Below are positions 51,392 to 64,000 of a DNA stretch of 64,000 nucleotides, one piece after another. The notes under the pieces are model-generated. The model did no database searches. It was given only the letters and a program-made list of their open reading frames with translations, and was not told the origin of the DNA. This stretch comes from Mobula hypostoma. Lineage: Eukaryota. The DNA is taken from the NCBI RefSeq assembly GCF_963921235.1, contig NC_086107.1:86366001-86430000 (forward strand). Direction: 5' to 3'. Both the position numbers and the translations under genes were made by a program. Every line of letters begins with the position of its first letter. The stretch's first letter is position 1.

Positions 51392-54300
51392 TTTATTAGT
51401 AACTATACAATACAGAAATATAAATTCAGATATATCAAACAGGTTAGTGATGATTATATATGTGGAAATATATAAAAGCCAAGCTTCTTCAAGCTTAGGA
51501 GGTAAATGGATACAGTCTTACAATGGTTGGTAAATGAAATCAGTTCAGTTTGTGGTATTGAGTTGAGTAGTGTTGAAGACAGAGAGAGAGAGAGGTGTCT
51601 AGTTCTTCAGGTGAGCTGATGCTGTCAATCTTCCCATTGTCCTCTGAGACTTCTAAGTTAGCCAAACTTGACCAACTTAAGAGCACCATCTTCAAGTGAT
51701 AATCTACCAATGCAGGCAAAGGTTAGACACTCGGGTAGACTCCACTGGGTCGCTCTTTCACGCACTAATAATCACAGATTGATCCCTCAAAATCAATCCT
51801 CAGTCCCACACTCGTGGGTACCTGAACAGGATAGTGGTAACTTCACCACACCTTAGTGTGTCTGCGTATCCTGTGAAACAGGCAATTACGCTGGTTTAAA
51901 TACTGTTGTGCTGAACACCAGCTGTCCATCAAGTAGCTCCTCCCTTCTCTCTGTAGGAATTCAGAAGATGGCAGTGTCCTTGCAGAAATCACAAACTGTG
52001 AGCTGCCTTCGCCTCTCGCTTTCTCTCAATTACAAGTTATTTGTGCTGTAGAGCTGCACGCTCGCTCTCTCTCTCTTTTTAAAAGCACAGTCCATAATAA
52101 ATAATTCCGGATATCATCACACCTCCCTCCTTTTGGGAAAAATTTTGATCAAGGAGCAAAAGTTTTGGTTTAACTGTAGATTACAATGTTTGAAACGATA
52201 CATGTACAATTATCAGATAACAGAGTAAAACGTGTGCAACTTCTAACTCAGCATCTGGATAACCAATCAGCTCTAATGTTGTCAGTACCTTTCACATGTT
52301 TTATTTTCAGGTTGTATTCTTGCAAGATCAGACTCCAGTTTAACAAACTTCTATTCTTATCCTTCATCTTAGTTAGAAACACTAACGGATTGTGATCCGT
52401 GTAAATCACCAATGGTTTCTGGGCAGGACAAACAGACTTCAAAATGTTGTAAAGCCAGAATAAGTGATAGCAACTCCTTTTCAACAGTGGAATAATTTTT
52501 CTGATGCACATTAAACTTCTTCGAGAAATATGCTACAGGATGTTCAATGTCATCCTCACTCTTCTGTAACAATACTGATCCAGCAGCTTCATCACTAGCG
52601 TCTGTCACTATAGAGAATGGTTTTGAAAAATCAGGTGCTTTTAGCACATATTGGTAACACAGAATAGTTTTTAGTCGTTAAAAGGCTTCCTGGCAAAGCT
52701 CACTCCATACAAATCTTTCACTTTTCCCAAGTATTTAGATTATGAGAACACTCAGTCCTCTTTTTATTGTCATTTAGAAATGCATACATGCATTAAGAAA
52801 TGATACAATGTTTCTCTGGAGTGACATCACAGAAAACAGGACAAACCAAAGACCAACACTGACAGAACCACATAATTATAACATATAGTTACAGCAGTGC
52901 AAAGCAATACCATAATTTAATGAAGTACAGACCATGGGCACAGTAAAAAACAGTCTCAAAGTCCCGAGTTGATTGTCTCCTGAGTCCCCGATAGCAGGCG
53001 GCAAAAGGGAGAAACTCCCTGCCATAAACCTCCAGGCACCGTCAACTTGCCGATGCCTTAGAAGCAGCTGACACTGAGTCCATCCATCCGAAAACTTCAA
53101 GCTTCCGACAGGCGTCTCCGATACAGCCTCCTGAGCACCATCCTCTGCTGAGCGCCTGTAAGGATGCTGTTTGATCAACTCGGCTGAGCCTACAATGACA
53201 TCATGCACTGCAGCTGTGCACCGTCTGGGGCCATCAAACAACAAATCCTCACAATTGCCAATTAATTCTTTCAATTGTTTTTGCTGTGCAGGCTCCAAAT
53301 GATGAACTTTGTTATTAATATTTTTCAAGACAATTGAATTCTCGAGCCTGGTTGCGACTATATTCAGCTTGTTAAAATTACCTGGTATCTGATTACCAGC
53401 CTCCACGACTCCATTTGTTCTCATAACAGTACTCACAGGTGCTATCTCCGAGTCATAATAATAAGGCTTTACTATGTTTACATGTACCACTTGAGTAGCT
53501 TTCCTCCAGTCAGGAGTCTCAACAACATAATTCAGAGTGTCAATATTCTTAATAATCTGGTACGGTCCATGAAATTGCACTTGGAGGGATTGGTCAAAAG
53601 GGGAAACAAAACCAAGAATTTATCTCCAAGCTGAAACACCTGTTCACTCGCTTTCGGATCATACCAGAGCTTCATCTTAATTTGAGAGTGTTGCAAATTC
53701 TGCTTTGTCACAAGCCTTGTTAAGCCTATCCCAAAACTCCAAAACATAATCCAGCACACTGACACATACCTTCGGATCAGACCACTGTTCTGTGAGCAAG
53801 GTCAAAGGTCCTCTGGGCCTGTGATGAAAAACAAGCTCAAACGGACTAAACCCTAATGATTCTTGAATTGAGTCTCTAACAACAAAGAGAAATAAGTATA
53901 TACCTTCATCCCAGTCCCTGTTATTCTCATAACAGTAGGTTTTAATCATTGTCTTTAAAGTGGAATGGAACCGTTCCAAGGCTCCTTGGGACTCCAGGTG
54001 GCATGTAGATGACACAATTTGTTTAGCCTCCAGCTCAGAAACTATATGGTGGAATACTCCCGATGTAAAGTTACTGTCCTGATGTGACTGGATTTCTTTA
54101 AGCAAACCAACCATGGGAAAAAAACTTGAGGAGAGCCTTCACCACTGTTTTAGTCTAATATTTCGAAAAGAAACTGCCTCGGGGAACCTAGAAGTGGCAC
54201 ACATTTTAGTTAACACATACTGATGGCCAGCTGCAGTTCTTGGCTGTGGGCCAATACAATCCACTATGATTCGGGAATACGGTTCACTAAAAGTAGGTAT

Positions 54301-57082
54301 TGGCCAAAATGGAGCTTTTGGGATGGCCACCACCTGGCACATACGGCAAATTTTGCAATTATTCACAGTATCCTTCCTCATATTGGGCCAATAAAATTCC
54401 CTCATAATCCTGTGCACTGTCTTCTTTAGTCCAAAATGTCCACCTAAAGGGTTATTATGGGCTAGGTTTAAAATTTCAGTCCTGTAAACTTTTGGGACCA
54501 CAACTTGGTTCACAATAGCCCAATCCTCAATTTCAAGCACAGTGGTTGGTCTCCACTTCCTCATTAACACCCCATCTTTAAGGTAGTATCCCACTGACTC
54601 TTTCTGAATTTCATCATCAGAGAGGGATGTCTCCTTTAAAGCCACAACTTCAGAATCTCGCTTCTGTTCGTCTATGAATTCCTTTCTAGATAAGGACAAG
54701 CCTTTCTCATCAGCCTTACTACCCTCTAAGTCCTATTGGAATAGGGATGGCAGGAAAGTCTCTGATAAATCATCATGAGCATCAGCAGACTTTTTTGACA
54801 TGCTTCGAGTTACTGCGTGTGCGGGGTGAACATCAGTATCCATGGCTGGGTCCTCAGCAGCAGGCTTGCTCGTTAGCTGCACTGCTGAATAAAAATCACC
54901 CTGGATAGCCGTCAACCTACCCCCAATGTTTACTAAACTCAGCACTATCACCAGACTTACGAAAACCATATGTATATTGTGAAAATTCCAAACAATCCAT
55001 TTATTCCATTGTTACAACCTTCAGCTCAATCCGTCTCCATAGTAACCTCTTCAAATGGCCTTTCAAAACCAAAACAATCCTTTTTCTCCACATCACAATC
55101 GTGAAAAGCAACTCCACAACTTTGAAGGTGTTTACATCCAAATGTTAAACCAAAATTCAGCAGAGTGGCACATACTTCTTCAGCAGGCCGCTGTCCGGAA
55201 TGCAGGGTCAAAGGTCATGAAATCAATCCAAACTTCACAAGTACTTTATTCAAAAGTCCAGAAACAACACTTTCTTCAATATCTTCAGTAACATTTACCT
55301 TTTCATCTCCTCACCAACTTTTAGAACACTGTCTATTACAAGTGACTGTGAATACTCAATTTCCACTGGTATCAAGGTTAACCCCTTATTCACTGAACCA
55401 AGACCATCTGACACAAAAGGTCTGCATTCCTTGTCAACTGAGTCAGACACCACAGACCTTAACTGAGCTTTAACACAAAATTCAGTACCCTGTGGATCCA
55501 CAAGTACTTCAACAACTTGAACACAGGCAATCGGGACAGCTGCCTCTTCTAGGCTGTCATCAATTGTCCCAGTTTCAAGTTCAAGTTTACCCTGAACCTC
55601 CCAGCTACTCTCTGGGAAACCCTCACCTGGAGTAAACTCAACCTTGTGGGTTAAAACAACCTCATCTGCTGTCTTAGCAGACCCCCGCAGGGTGTCGGCA
55701 CCCTCTTCATCTTGGTATGCCTTTACATCATCAGGGACACACTTCTTAAATTCTTCAATCAACACAAGCTCTTTCAAGCTGTAAAAATCATTAGGGTCCA
55801 ACACTGGACCTCCCAGCTGTCACATCTCTCTCTCGAACTGTCTCTGTTTTGCTGCCTCCCTAGCCTCAAGCCCTTCTAATTGAAATCCATGCTCCATCTT
55901 TAATTTTGCCAACTGAAGCTGAACCTCAGCCTTAGTAGGTTTACCTTGCGCGAACATTTTCAACGCATCCTCAGTAAATTGCTTTGTCAAAATATAATAT
56001 TCAACTACTTTTCTTTGAATTTCTACCTTAGCCGTACCCTTCTTGACCTCCTTAAGTTCGAGTTCCTCAACAATTTTCCACAACTCATCCTTTTTAGCTC
56101 TCTTCAAAACCACAGGGTCTGGCCCTGCCAGAAAATCCTGATCATCCATGTCTGCCGTTTTTCCACACGACCAATCAAAAGGGATTTTCCCCAATCATCT
56201 CAAATAAGCCCCCAAACAATTTGTTTAAATCCTGGACGCAGGCCACAATTTTTGTAATGTACCCTGTAACAGGTTAACATACCAGCAGTAATGGAAAACA
56301 CCTTGGAGTCTGGTATTGCTGTTAACTAATGCTCATTTATTAGTAACTACACAATACAGTAATATAAATTCAGATCTATCAAACAGGTCAGCAACGATTT
56401 TATATATATATATATATGTGGAAATATATAAAAGCCAAGCTTCTTCAAGGTTAGGAGGTAAATGGATACAGACTTACGATGATTGGTAAATGAAATCAGT
56501 TCCGTTCGTGGTATTGTTGGGGGGGGGGAGGAGAGAGAAAGAGAATGAGAGAGAGAGAGAGAGAGAGAGATCTAGTTCTTCAGGTGAGTTGATGCCATCA
56601 ATCTTCCCATTACCCTCCGAGACTTCCAAGTTAGCCAAACTTGATCAACTTAAGAGCACCATCTTCAAGTGATAATCTACCAATGCAGGTAAAGGTTAGA
56701 CACTCGGGTAGACTCCACAGGGTCGTTCTTTCATGCACTAATAATCACAGTTGATCCCTCAAAATCGATCCTCAGTCCCACACTCGTGGGTACCTGAACA
56801 GGATAGTGGTAACCTCACCACACCTTAGTGTGTCTGCGTGTCCTGTGAAACAGGCAATTACGCTGGTTTAAATACTGTTGTGCTGAACACCAGCTGTCCA
56901 TCAAGTAGCTCCTCCCTTCTCTCTGTAGGAACTCAGAAGCTGGCAGTGTCCTTGCAGAAATCCCAGACAAACTGTGAGCAGCCTTTTCCTCTCTGTCTCT
57001 CTCAATAATAAGCTGTTTGTGCTGTACAGCGGCACGCTCTCTATCTCTTTTTAGAAGCACAGTCCATAATGAATAACTCCGG
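51392..57082 (-). mobile_element. Gmr1-type Gypsy LTR retrotransposon (gag-INT-RT-RH order), degenerate
   Basis: LTRs 51392-52121 and 56253-57082; PPT 52122-52134; tRNA-Pro-like PBS ~56231-56248; gag LKELVLIEEFKKCVP; integrase HHCC, IVDCIGP, ESQGALERFH upstream of QHPYR and RNase H TDASD..YSTVEKE..YTDHNPL; most of RT replaced by a repeat at ~52735-53155. Confidence 0.9.
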
Positions 57083-57413
57083 GAGAAGACAGGAGAATGG
57101 TGTCAATAAGGATGCCAAATCAGCCATGGTGTATTGGCAGAACAGGCTCAATGGGCTGAATGGCCTAATTCTGCTCCTGTATCTTATAGTCTTGTGGTTA
57201 TTCACACAATTGTCACTGATCCCAGCTCCTATACCTGTTCCTATAACCCCCAGTTCCTCAATTCCTTAAATATTTATTTATCTCTGTCTGACATATACCT
57301 AGACATGAGGCCTCCCCACTCACAGGGGTAGAGAATCCCAGAGACTGTACACTCAGACATAGAATTCCAGAAATTTCCACACGTCTCTGTTTGAAATGAG
57401 CGGCCCTTATTTA

Positions 57414-57830
57414 GCAGCTCAGACTGTGGGGGAAAGGATACACTCACTGATCCCACCTACCGACCACACCAGTCAGTTCACACCGAGGAGAGACCATTCA
57501 CCTGCCCAGACTGCCCAAACCGATTCACTCTGTCATCCAACCTTGTGACACACAAGCAAGCTCGCACTGGGGACAATGTTTAAATAAGCTGCATGCTGAA
57601 TCCAGAGGCAAGTTCACAATTGACTGTTGGTGTCGAACTCTGCAATTATTGCTGCTGCTCACCACATCCAGTTCTGCACCCTGGTCACTGGGACTGGGAG
57701 GTGTTTCTACTAAAGTTCACCTGTAATGGGACAAGAGTTTGATGTTCTGGATCTCTGACAAATAAATCAGTTCTATTTCAAACTCTGTCTCAGGTACCTA
57801 GTGAATTTACAACACACCCTGTGTGCAGTC
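57414..57830 (+). pseudogene. C2H2 ZNF relic, copy 2
   Basis: Paralog of 40684-41180, lacking one 84 bp finger. Confidence 0.8.
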
Positions 57831-59497
57831 AGGAGATAGAAATATATATATATATATGTCTATATATCTATCTCTCTCTCTCTCTATATATATATATATG
57901 TGTGTGTCTATATATCTATATCTATATAAATCAGCTGAGCTGGTCCTTGCTACCGTTTCTGTTTCACAACAGCCATTTTAAATCCATCCCTGCTGTTCCC
58001 CTCTCGCTCTCCGTGGTGGGGTCCAAAGAGACACCATTCTGTGGGTGAAGTGGTTTCTCCTCAATTTTCTGCCTGTGGAACTCATGAGCAGGATGCATTA
58101 AATTCCAGAGTGTCAGGGAGCAGAAGTGCGTGCAATTGCTATTACTATGGTGGAAGTACTTAGGAAACTGAAAGAGGAGAAGGTAGACAGGGCCAGCTGG
58201 CATGAGTAATGATCTTTCAGGAATCAATGGATTCTGCCATGGTTCTGGAGGACTGGAAAATTGCAAATGTCTCTCCAGTCTTCAAGAAGGGAGAGAGGAA
58301 GAAAGGAAATTATAGGGGAGACGACTGGAGTTTTGCCTGCAGTGTTTTGCTTTGGATTTTTGCTGGTGTTTCGGAGGACGATGGTGGTTGGCTAAACAAC
58401 TAGACTGTGAATGGACAGATGATGGCAGGAGGAAGTAACAATTCGGGAAGTGAGTTAGAGATGGAAGATGGCGGGAAAGAGGAATGGAGTGTAAAGAGTA
58501 AGAAAAGAAAACAGAGGTATGAGCAGCCAAATTCTGAGGGGCCAGGGGATGATTGAAAAGAATGGAAGAAGATGAGACTAAAGCAATTATAAAACTGAGT
58601 GAAGACAGAGCATCTTTCGGGGATTGGAACCCAATTCATTTGATGAAAGTAATCAACAAATATACAGGTGAAGTTAAAAGAACCAAGGTATTACAAAATG
58701 GATTGCTATTAGTGATATGTCGGGATAGCGCTCAGCAAGGCAAAGTGATAAGATTAAATAAAATAGACCGCAAAATAGTACAATGTTCAATACTCGACAA
58801 TAGAAAGTGGACTAGAGGAGTTATTTCAGAGATAGCAACAAAAGTTACTATGGATGAGATTAAATAGAACATAAAAGGAGCAAAGGTTATTGAGACCAAA
58901 CATTTGAAAGTTACAAGAGATGGAAAAAAGTATGATAGTTTATCGGTGATGATTAACTTTGATGAAGAGAGATTGTTTAGGGTATATGTGTTATGAGGTC
59001 AAAATATATATATACACCACTGCCTTTAAGATGTTTTAAATGTCAGAAATTTGGGCATATTGCAGCGGTCTGCAGAGGGAAACAAAGATGTGGGAGATGT
59101 GCTGGAGAACATGAATACGGAAAGTGTGAGGCGGGAGCTAGGCTGAAATGTTGCAATTGTGGTGAGGAACACAGTGCAGCTTATCGAGGGTGCATTATTA
59201 GCAAGAAGGCAGCTGAGATACAATATGTTAAAGTAACTCAAGGGATTAGTTACGCTGAGGCAGTGAAAGGTTTCGCTGAAAAGGAGAAAGCTACTAAGCA
59301 AACAAATACAGGGAATAATAAACTAGTGAACTGTGAGGGCTGTAATATGATAAATAAGGACACACTAATAATAAAAAGAAAAGATTTTGTACTGTTTATG
59401 GTAGATGCAATTAACTGTTCAGTGCAAGCAGACAAAAGAACAGAAAAAAATTAAAATTATAGACAAGTCTGCAGAGAAATATCTTGGTATTACAGGG

Positions 59498-61035
59498 AAC
59501 ACACGTCAAAGTTGCTGGTGAACGCAGCAGGCCAGGCAGCGTCTCTAGGAAGCGGTACTGTCGACGTTTCGGGTCAAGACCCTTCATCAGGACTAACTGA
59601 AAGAAGGGATAGTAAGAGATTTGAAAGTGGGTGGGGGAGCGGGGGGATCCAAAATGATAGGAGAAGACAGGAGGGGGAGGGATGGAGCCAAGAGCTGGAC
59701 AGGTGATTGGCAAAAGGGATATGAGAGGATCATGGGACAGGAGGCCCAGGGAGAAGGAAAAGGGTGGGGCGGGAACCCAGAGGATGGGCAAGGGGTATAG
59801 TGAGAGGGACAGAGGGAGAAAAAGGAGAGAGAGAAAAAGAATGAGTGTATATAAATAAATAACGGATGGGGTACGAGGGGGAGGTGGGGCATTAGTGGAA
59901 GTTTGAGAAGTCAATGTTCATGTCATCAGGTTGGAGGCTACCCAGATGGAATATAAGGTGTTGTTCCTCCAACCTTAGTGTGGCTTCATCTTTACATTAG
60001 AGGACGCAGTGGATAGACATATCAGAATGGGAATGGGACGTGGAATTAAAATGTGTGGCCACTGGGAGATCCTGCTTTCTCTGGCGGACAGAGCATAGGT
60101 GTTCAGCGAAACGATCTCCCAGTCTGCATCGGGTCTCGCCAATATATAGAAGGCCACATCGGGAGCACCGGACGCAGTATATCACCCCAGCTGACTCACA
60201 GGTGAAGTGTCACCTCACCTGGAAGGACTGTCTGGGGCCCTGAATGGTGGTAAGGGAGGAAGTGTAAGGGCATGTGTAGCACTTGTTCCGCTTACAAGGA
60301 TAAGTGCCAGGAAGGAGATCAGTGGGGAGGGATGGGGGTGAAGAATGGATAAGGGAGTCGCATAGGGAGCGATCCCTATGGAAAGCAGGGGTGGGAGGGA
60401 AAGATGTGCTTATTGGTGGGATCCTGGTGGAGGTGGCAGAAGTTACGGACAATATGTTGGACCCGGAGGCTGGTGGGGTGGTAGGTGAGGACCAGGGGAA
60501 CCCTATTCCTAGGGTTGCGGGAGGATGGAGTGAGATTGTGCGTGCAATGGGGGAGATGCATTTGAGAGCAGAGTTCATGGCGGAGGAAGGGAAGCCCCTT
60601 TCTTTAAAAAAGGAGGACATCTTCTTCGTCCTGGAATGAAAAGCCTCATCCTGAGAGCAGATGCAGCGGAGACGGAGGAATTGCGAGAAGGGGATGGCAT
60701 TTTTGCAAGAGACAGGGTGAGAAGAGGAATAGCCCAGATAGCTGTGAGAGTCAGTAGGCTTATAGTAGACATCAGTAGATAAGCTGTCTCCAGAGATGGA
60801 GACAGAAAAATCTAGAAAGGGGAGGGAGGTGTCGGAAATGGACCAAGTAAACTTGAGGGCAGGGTGAAAGTTGGAGGCAAAGTTAATGAAGTCAACGAGC
60901 TCGGCATGCGTGCAGGAAGCAGCACCAATGCAGTCGTTGATGTAGCGAAGGAAAAGTGGGGGACAGATACCAGAATAGGTTTGAAACATAGATTGTTCCA
61001 CAAAGCCAACAAAAAGGCAGGCATAGCTAGGATCC
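59498..61035 (-). mobile_element. Penelope-like element (RT C-half, GIY-YIG, tail) nested in the Nimb element
   Basis: PSYACLFVG, FLRYINDCIG, LKFT, LPFLD, VYYKPTD; LYIGET; frameshifts. Confidence 0.92.
59560..59594 (-). ncRNA. Minimal type I hammerhead ribozyme motif (best copy)
   Basis: GUC-CUGAUGA-A-GGGUC-UU-GACCC-GAAAC-GUC-GAC; core, stem I and stem II intact. Confidence 0.75.
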
Positions 61036-61873
61036 AGGAGACATGGCAGAAGCATTGCGATGAGAATGAAACAGGGAGACAACTGTACAAAATACAGAGG
61101 CAAGTCAGATACAAAAGATTGTCAAGTGGATATAGAAAGACAGAAGTGATCATCAGTCGTTTGAGAATTGGGCACACTAATCTTAATTACACATTACACA
61201 AAATAGGGAAACATCCAACTGGGTTATGTGAATACTATAATCAACCAGAAACAGTTGAACATGTATTGATAACATGTAAGAAGTTTCAAAAAGAAAGAGT
61301 GAACATGATAGGAGCGCTAAAGATAAACAAAAAAACTGATGTGGGTATAGAAGACATTTTAAGTGGGAATTCAAGAGAAATACAGATCCGTATCATGAAG
61401 TATCTGAAAGACTCAGGTTTATTATATAGAACATAGGGAATGCAATTATTTTCCCTTCTCCTATTTATCCAACAATCCACACTCCAGTCTAGCAGGTGGC
61501 GGTAATGCACCTAAAACTGGTTTGCCAACCTTCATAAACAACACAAGAAGAAAAGAAGAAAAAGGAAATTATAGGCCAGTTAGTTTGACCTCAGTTGTTG
61601 AGCATCGATTGTTAAGGACGTGGTTTCGGGATATTTGGATACTCATGACTAAATAGACCAGGGTGGGTGGTATCGGGCCTTGAGCACCCGATACATGAAG
61701 GGTCTGAAGGTGAAATTCCGATTCACTGCTGACGAGCCCAGTAAGCCAATCAGAGAGCTGCCTTATTCACCAATGAACAGAGAGCAGAAAGAAAAGCGCC
61801 GAAAGTAACCGCCAGTTCCCCGGAAATGTGAAAATCCCGCCGAAAGTTATTTATTGATCTGTAGTCTGGAAAA

Positions 61874-62240
61874 CTAGAGCAGCTAGTTTAAATAACGTTA
61901 GCTATGCTAACGAACGAATGACAGCTGTTAAACTCACCTCAACTTGTCTTTTACATTTTAACCCACCATAGACAATAGAAAAGTCACTGTTGCAAACAGT
62001 GCAACGAGCAACACTCATTATTTTTGACCCCTATTAGGCAGGGGTACACTTTAGTGTAGTCTGGGGTGACGTACATTTTATATTTTCCTTTTTTTGGAAC
62101 ACTCCGCCATGACGCGCTCTCTCTCTCTCGTAGTCGCTCTCAAAAAAATGATTTCGGGAATATTGTATATAATTTGTGGGCATCAGGGAGCGACTATTAT
62201 AATGCAGGAGACTCCCGGAACTTCCGGAGAGGTGGGATGT
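61874..62240. mobile_element. ~370 bp insertion, probably a non-autonomous DNA transposon piece
   Basis: Absent from copy 1; CTGGAAAA direct repeat at 61866-61873 and 62241-62248. Confidence 0.65.
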
Positions 62241-62836
62241 CTGGAAAAGTATGCATTGAATCACTAATTCGGTGAAGATTTATTTTACAAGAACAACCCG
62301 GACGTTATTTTACTTACCAATTTGAATGTTTCTAGTTATTGAACTTCGAAAAGTCGATATTGGCGGTCGGTCTGTGTGTACCGGTCTCTTCTCAAACTGC
62401 GGTCTAAGGCGAGTTTCCAACGACACTTTTTTCCCTTCTGTGAAAAACCCGGAATTCCAGCATCTGCAGACTTGCGTCCCCGTGAACCTATTATGGACTC
62501 GGTCAGAAATGGGACTGGTTACCAAATGGAAGAACTGCATTTATTAAGACTCATTCTCGAGCCCCAAATACCTGGAAAACTTGCCCACAATAACCAACCC
62601 TACACGGATGGGGTGTGGGACAGGAATACACTAACAGCTGACTCCCGTTAATCCAGCTGCACCGAACTACTGATTATGTGTTGAGGGGAGTCGGCCGTGT
62701 GTGTGTGTGTGTGTGGTGGTGGGGGGTTGGAGGAGGGGTTTGTGAGAAGCTGTAATGTCTTATTCAATAAAACTCCCACGGGGAAAGGACAGAAGAGAAT
62801 GGCGTGATTAACAAAGGGGTAGTGAACAGGAATTGA

Positions 62837-62877
62837 CAGCCCTTTTCTCTGCCGGATTAGTGGCTCTGAAAAGAGCC
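62837..62877 (-). terminator. Histone 3' stem-loop and HDE (H3 copy 2)
   Basis: GGCTCTTTTCAGAGCC at 62862-62877. Confidence 0.95.
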
Positions 62878-62906
62878 TTTTGTTGTGCTTGGTGCCGAGG
62901 TCGGGT

Positions 62907-63323
<417 letters not shown>

Positions 63324-63384
63324 TCAGCAGTGCGATTACAGCCTGAAATATCAGGATTGAAGTGTCAGAGCAGACGCTGGGTCT

Positions 63385-63630
63385 GGCTTTTAAAGAGTTG
63401 ATGAAGGGCCGCCCCGCTCCCCTTCTGATTGGTTGGAATGGAGATGTCCATCATAGGGTCTCAGCAGTGCGATTGGCTGTCTTTCTTTAATCAGTTTGAA
63501 GCTGTCCGGCGTGGGGGTTGAGGAATAGTATCTGTGACCAAATATGGAAACTAGTGACTGAGGGTCAGAATCCAGCCAATCCGACTGCAGGGATTGGATG
63601 TCCGGTCAATTTCAAATCGCCCGCCAATTT
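63385..63630 (-). promoter_or_regulatory. H3 copy 2 promoter
   Basis: TTTAAAA, two CCAAT boxes and GGCGG-N4-TTTGAA retained. Confidence 0.72.
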
Positions 63631-64000
63631 CTAAAGCAGCCGGAGCTAGTTTCTTACAATGAATAGAAATCATGAATTATCAAATTTTACTTTCATTGAA
63701 AGAATCGTTTTTACTTCTCTCAATTAGAGAAATGAATGTTTGCATATTCAGCGAATAGCTTCTCGAGGTGAGTGCATTCGCTTCTGCCGGAAACGGGAGG
63801 ACAGGCAGGGGATTGAGATCAATTTTATTTATTGCATTTACAAAATAGTTTTTGGAGAAAACAAAGCCGCAAAAGGATTGCATGAACAACACGCTGAACT
63901 GAAATATTTGTAGAAACATATAAATAATTGCAAACAAATAATTACATTCTTTATCTCGTCTCGCACCAAGTCCCTGCAAACTGATGCGACCTGACCTGCC

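Larger units (their letters stand above)
58317..61560 (+). mobile_element. I/Nimb-clade LINE with both ends and a 15 bp TSD; ORF2 core missing
   Basis: TSD AAAGGAAATTATAGG at 58302-58316 and 61561-61575; ORF1 with three knuckles (CFKCQKFGH..CGRCAGEH..CCNCGEEH); ORF2 end RLRIGHTNLN..ETVEHVLITC; GGTGGCGGTAATGCACC and AAG-rich tail. Confidence 0.88.

Noticed and set aside
60864-61436. 190 aa ORF as a novel gene
   Set aside because: Chance fusion of antisense Penelope RT with the Nimb ORF2 C-terminus

Overview
Vertebrate genomic DNA, by inference a cartilaginous fish (ray-like; inferred only from the repeat mix and the histone/ZNF style). Most of the window is decayed transposons: Penelope-like elements (PLEs) with hammerhead-like tails, CR1, L2, RTE, Rex1/Babar, R4/Dong, I/Nimb, Gypsy and Gmr1-type LTR elements, hAT and Tc1/mariner. 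Host genes are two intact, divergently oriented C2H2 zinc-finger (ZNF) genes with no effector domain (9 and 14 fingers), four ZNF relics, two histone H3.2 genes and one H1. Three architectures stand out. (1) The ZNF genes belong to a ~3.4 kb head-to-tail cassette: two NRF1-type palindromes exactly 250 bp apart, a splice donor 37 bp from the upstream one, a 5' UTR built from dead fingers, and start codons that arose in finger linkers. (2) An ~11.1 kb unit (ZNF relic + H3 + H1) is tandemly duplicated, and the second copy carries three extra insertions. (3) Minimal hammerhead ribozyme motifs recur about eight times. All alignments were done by eye; repeat boundaries are approximate unless a target-site duplication (TSD) is quoted.
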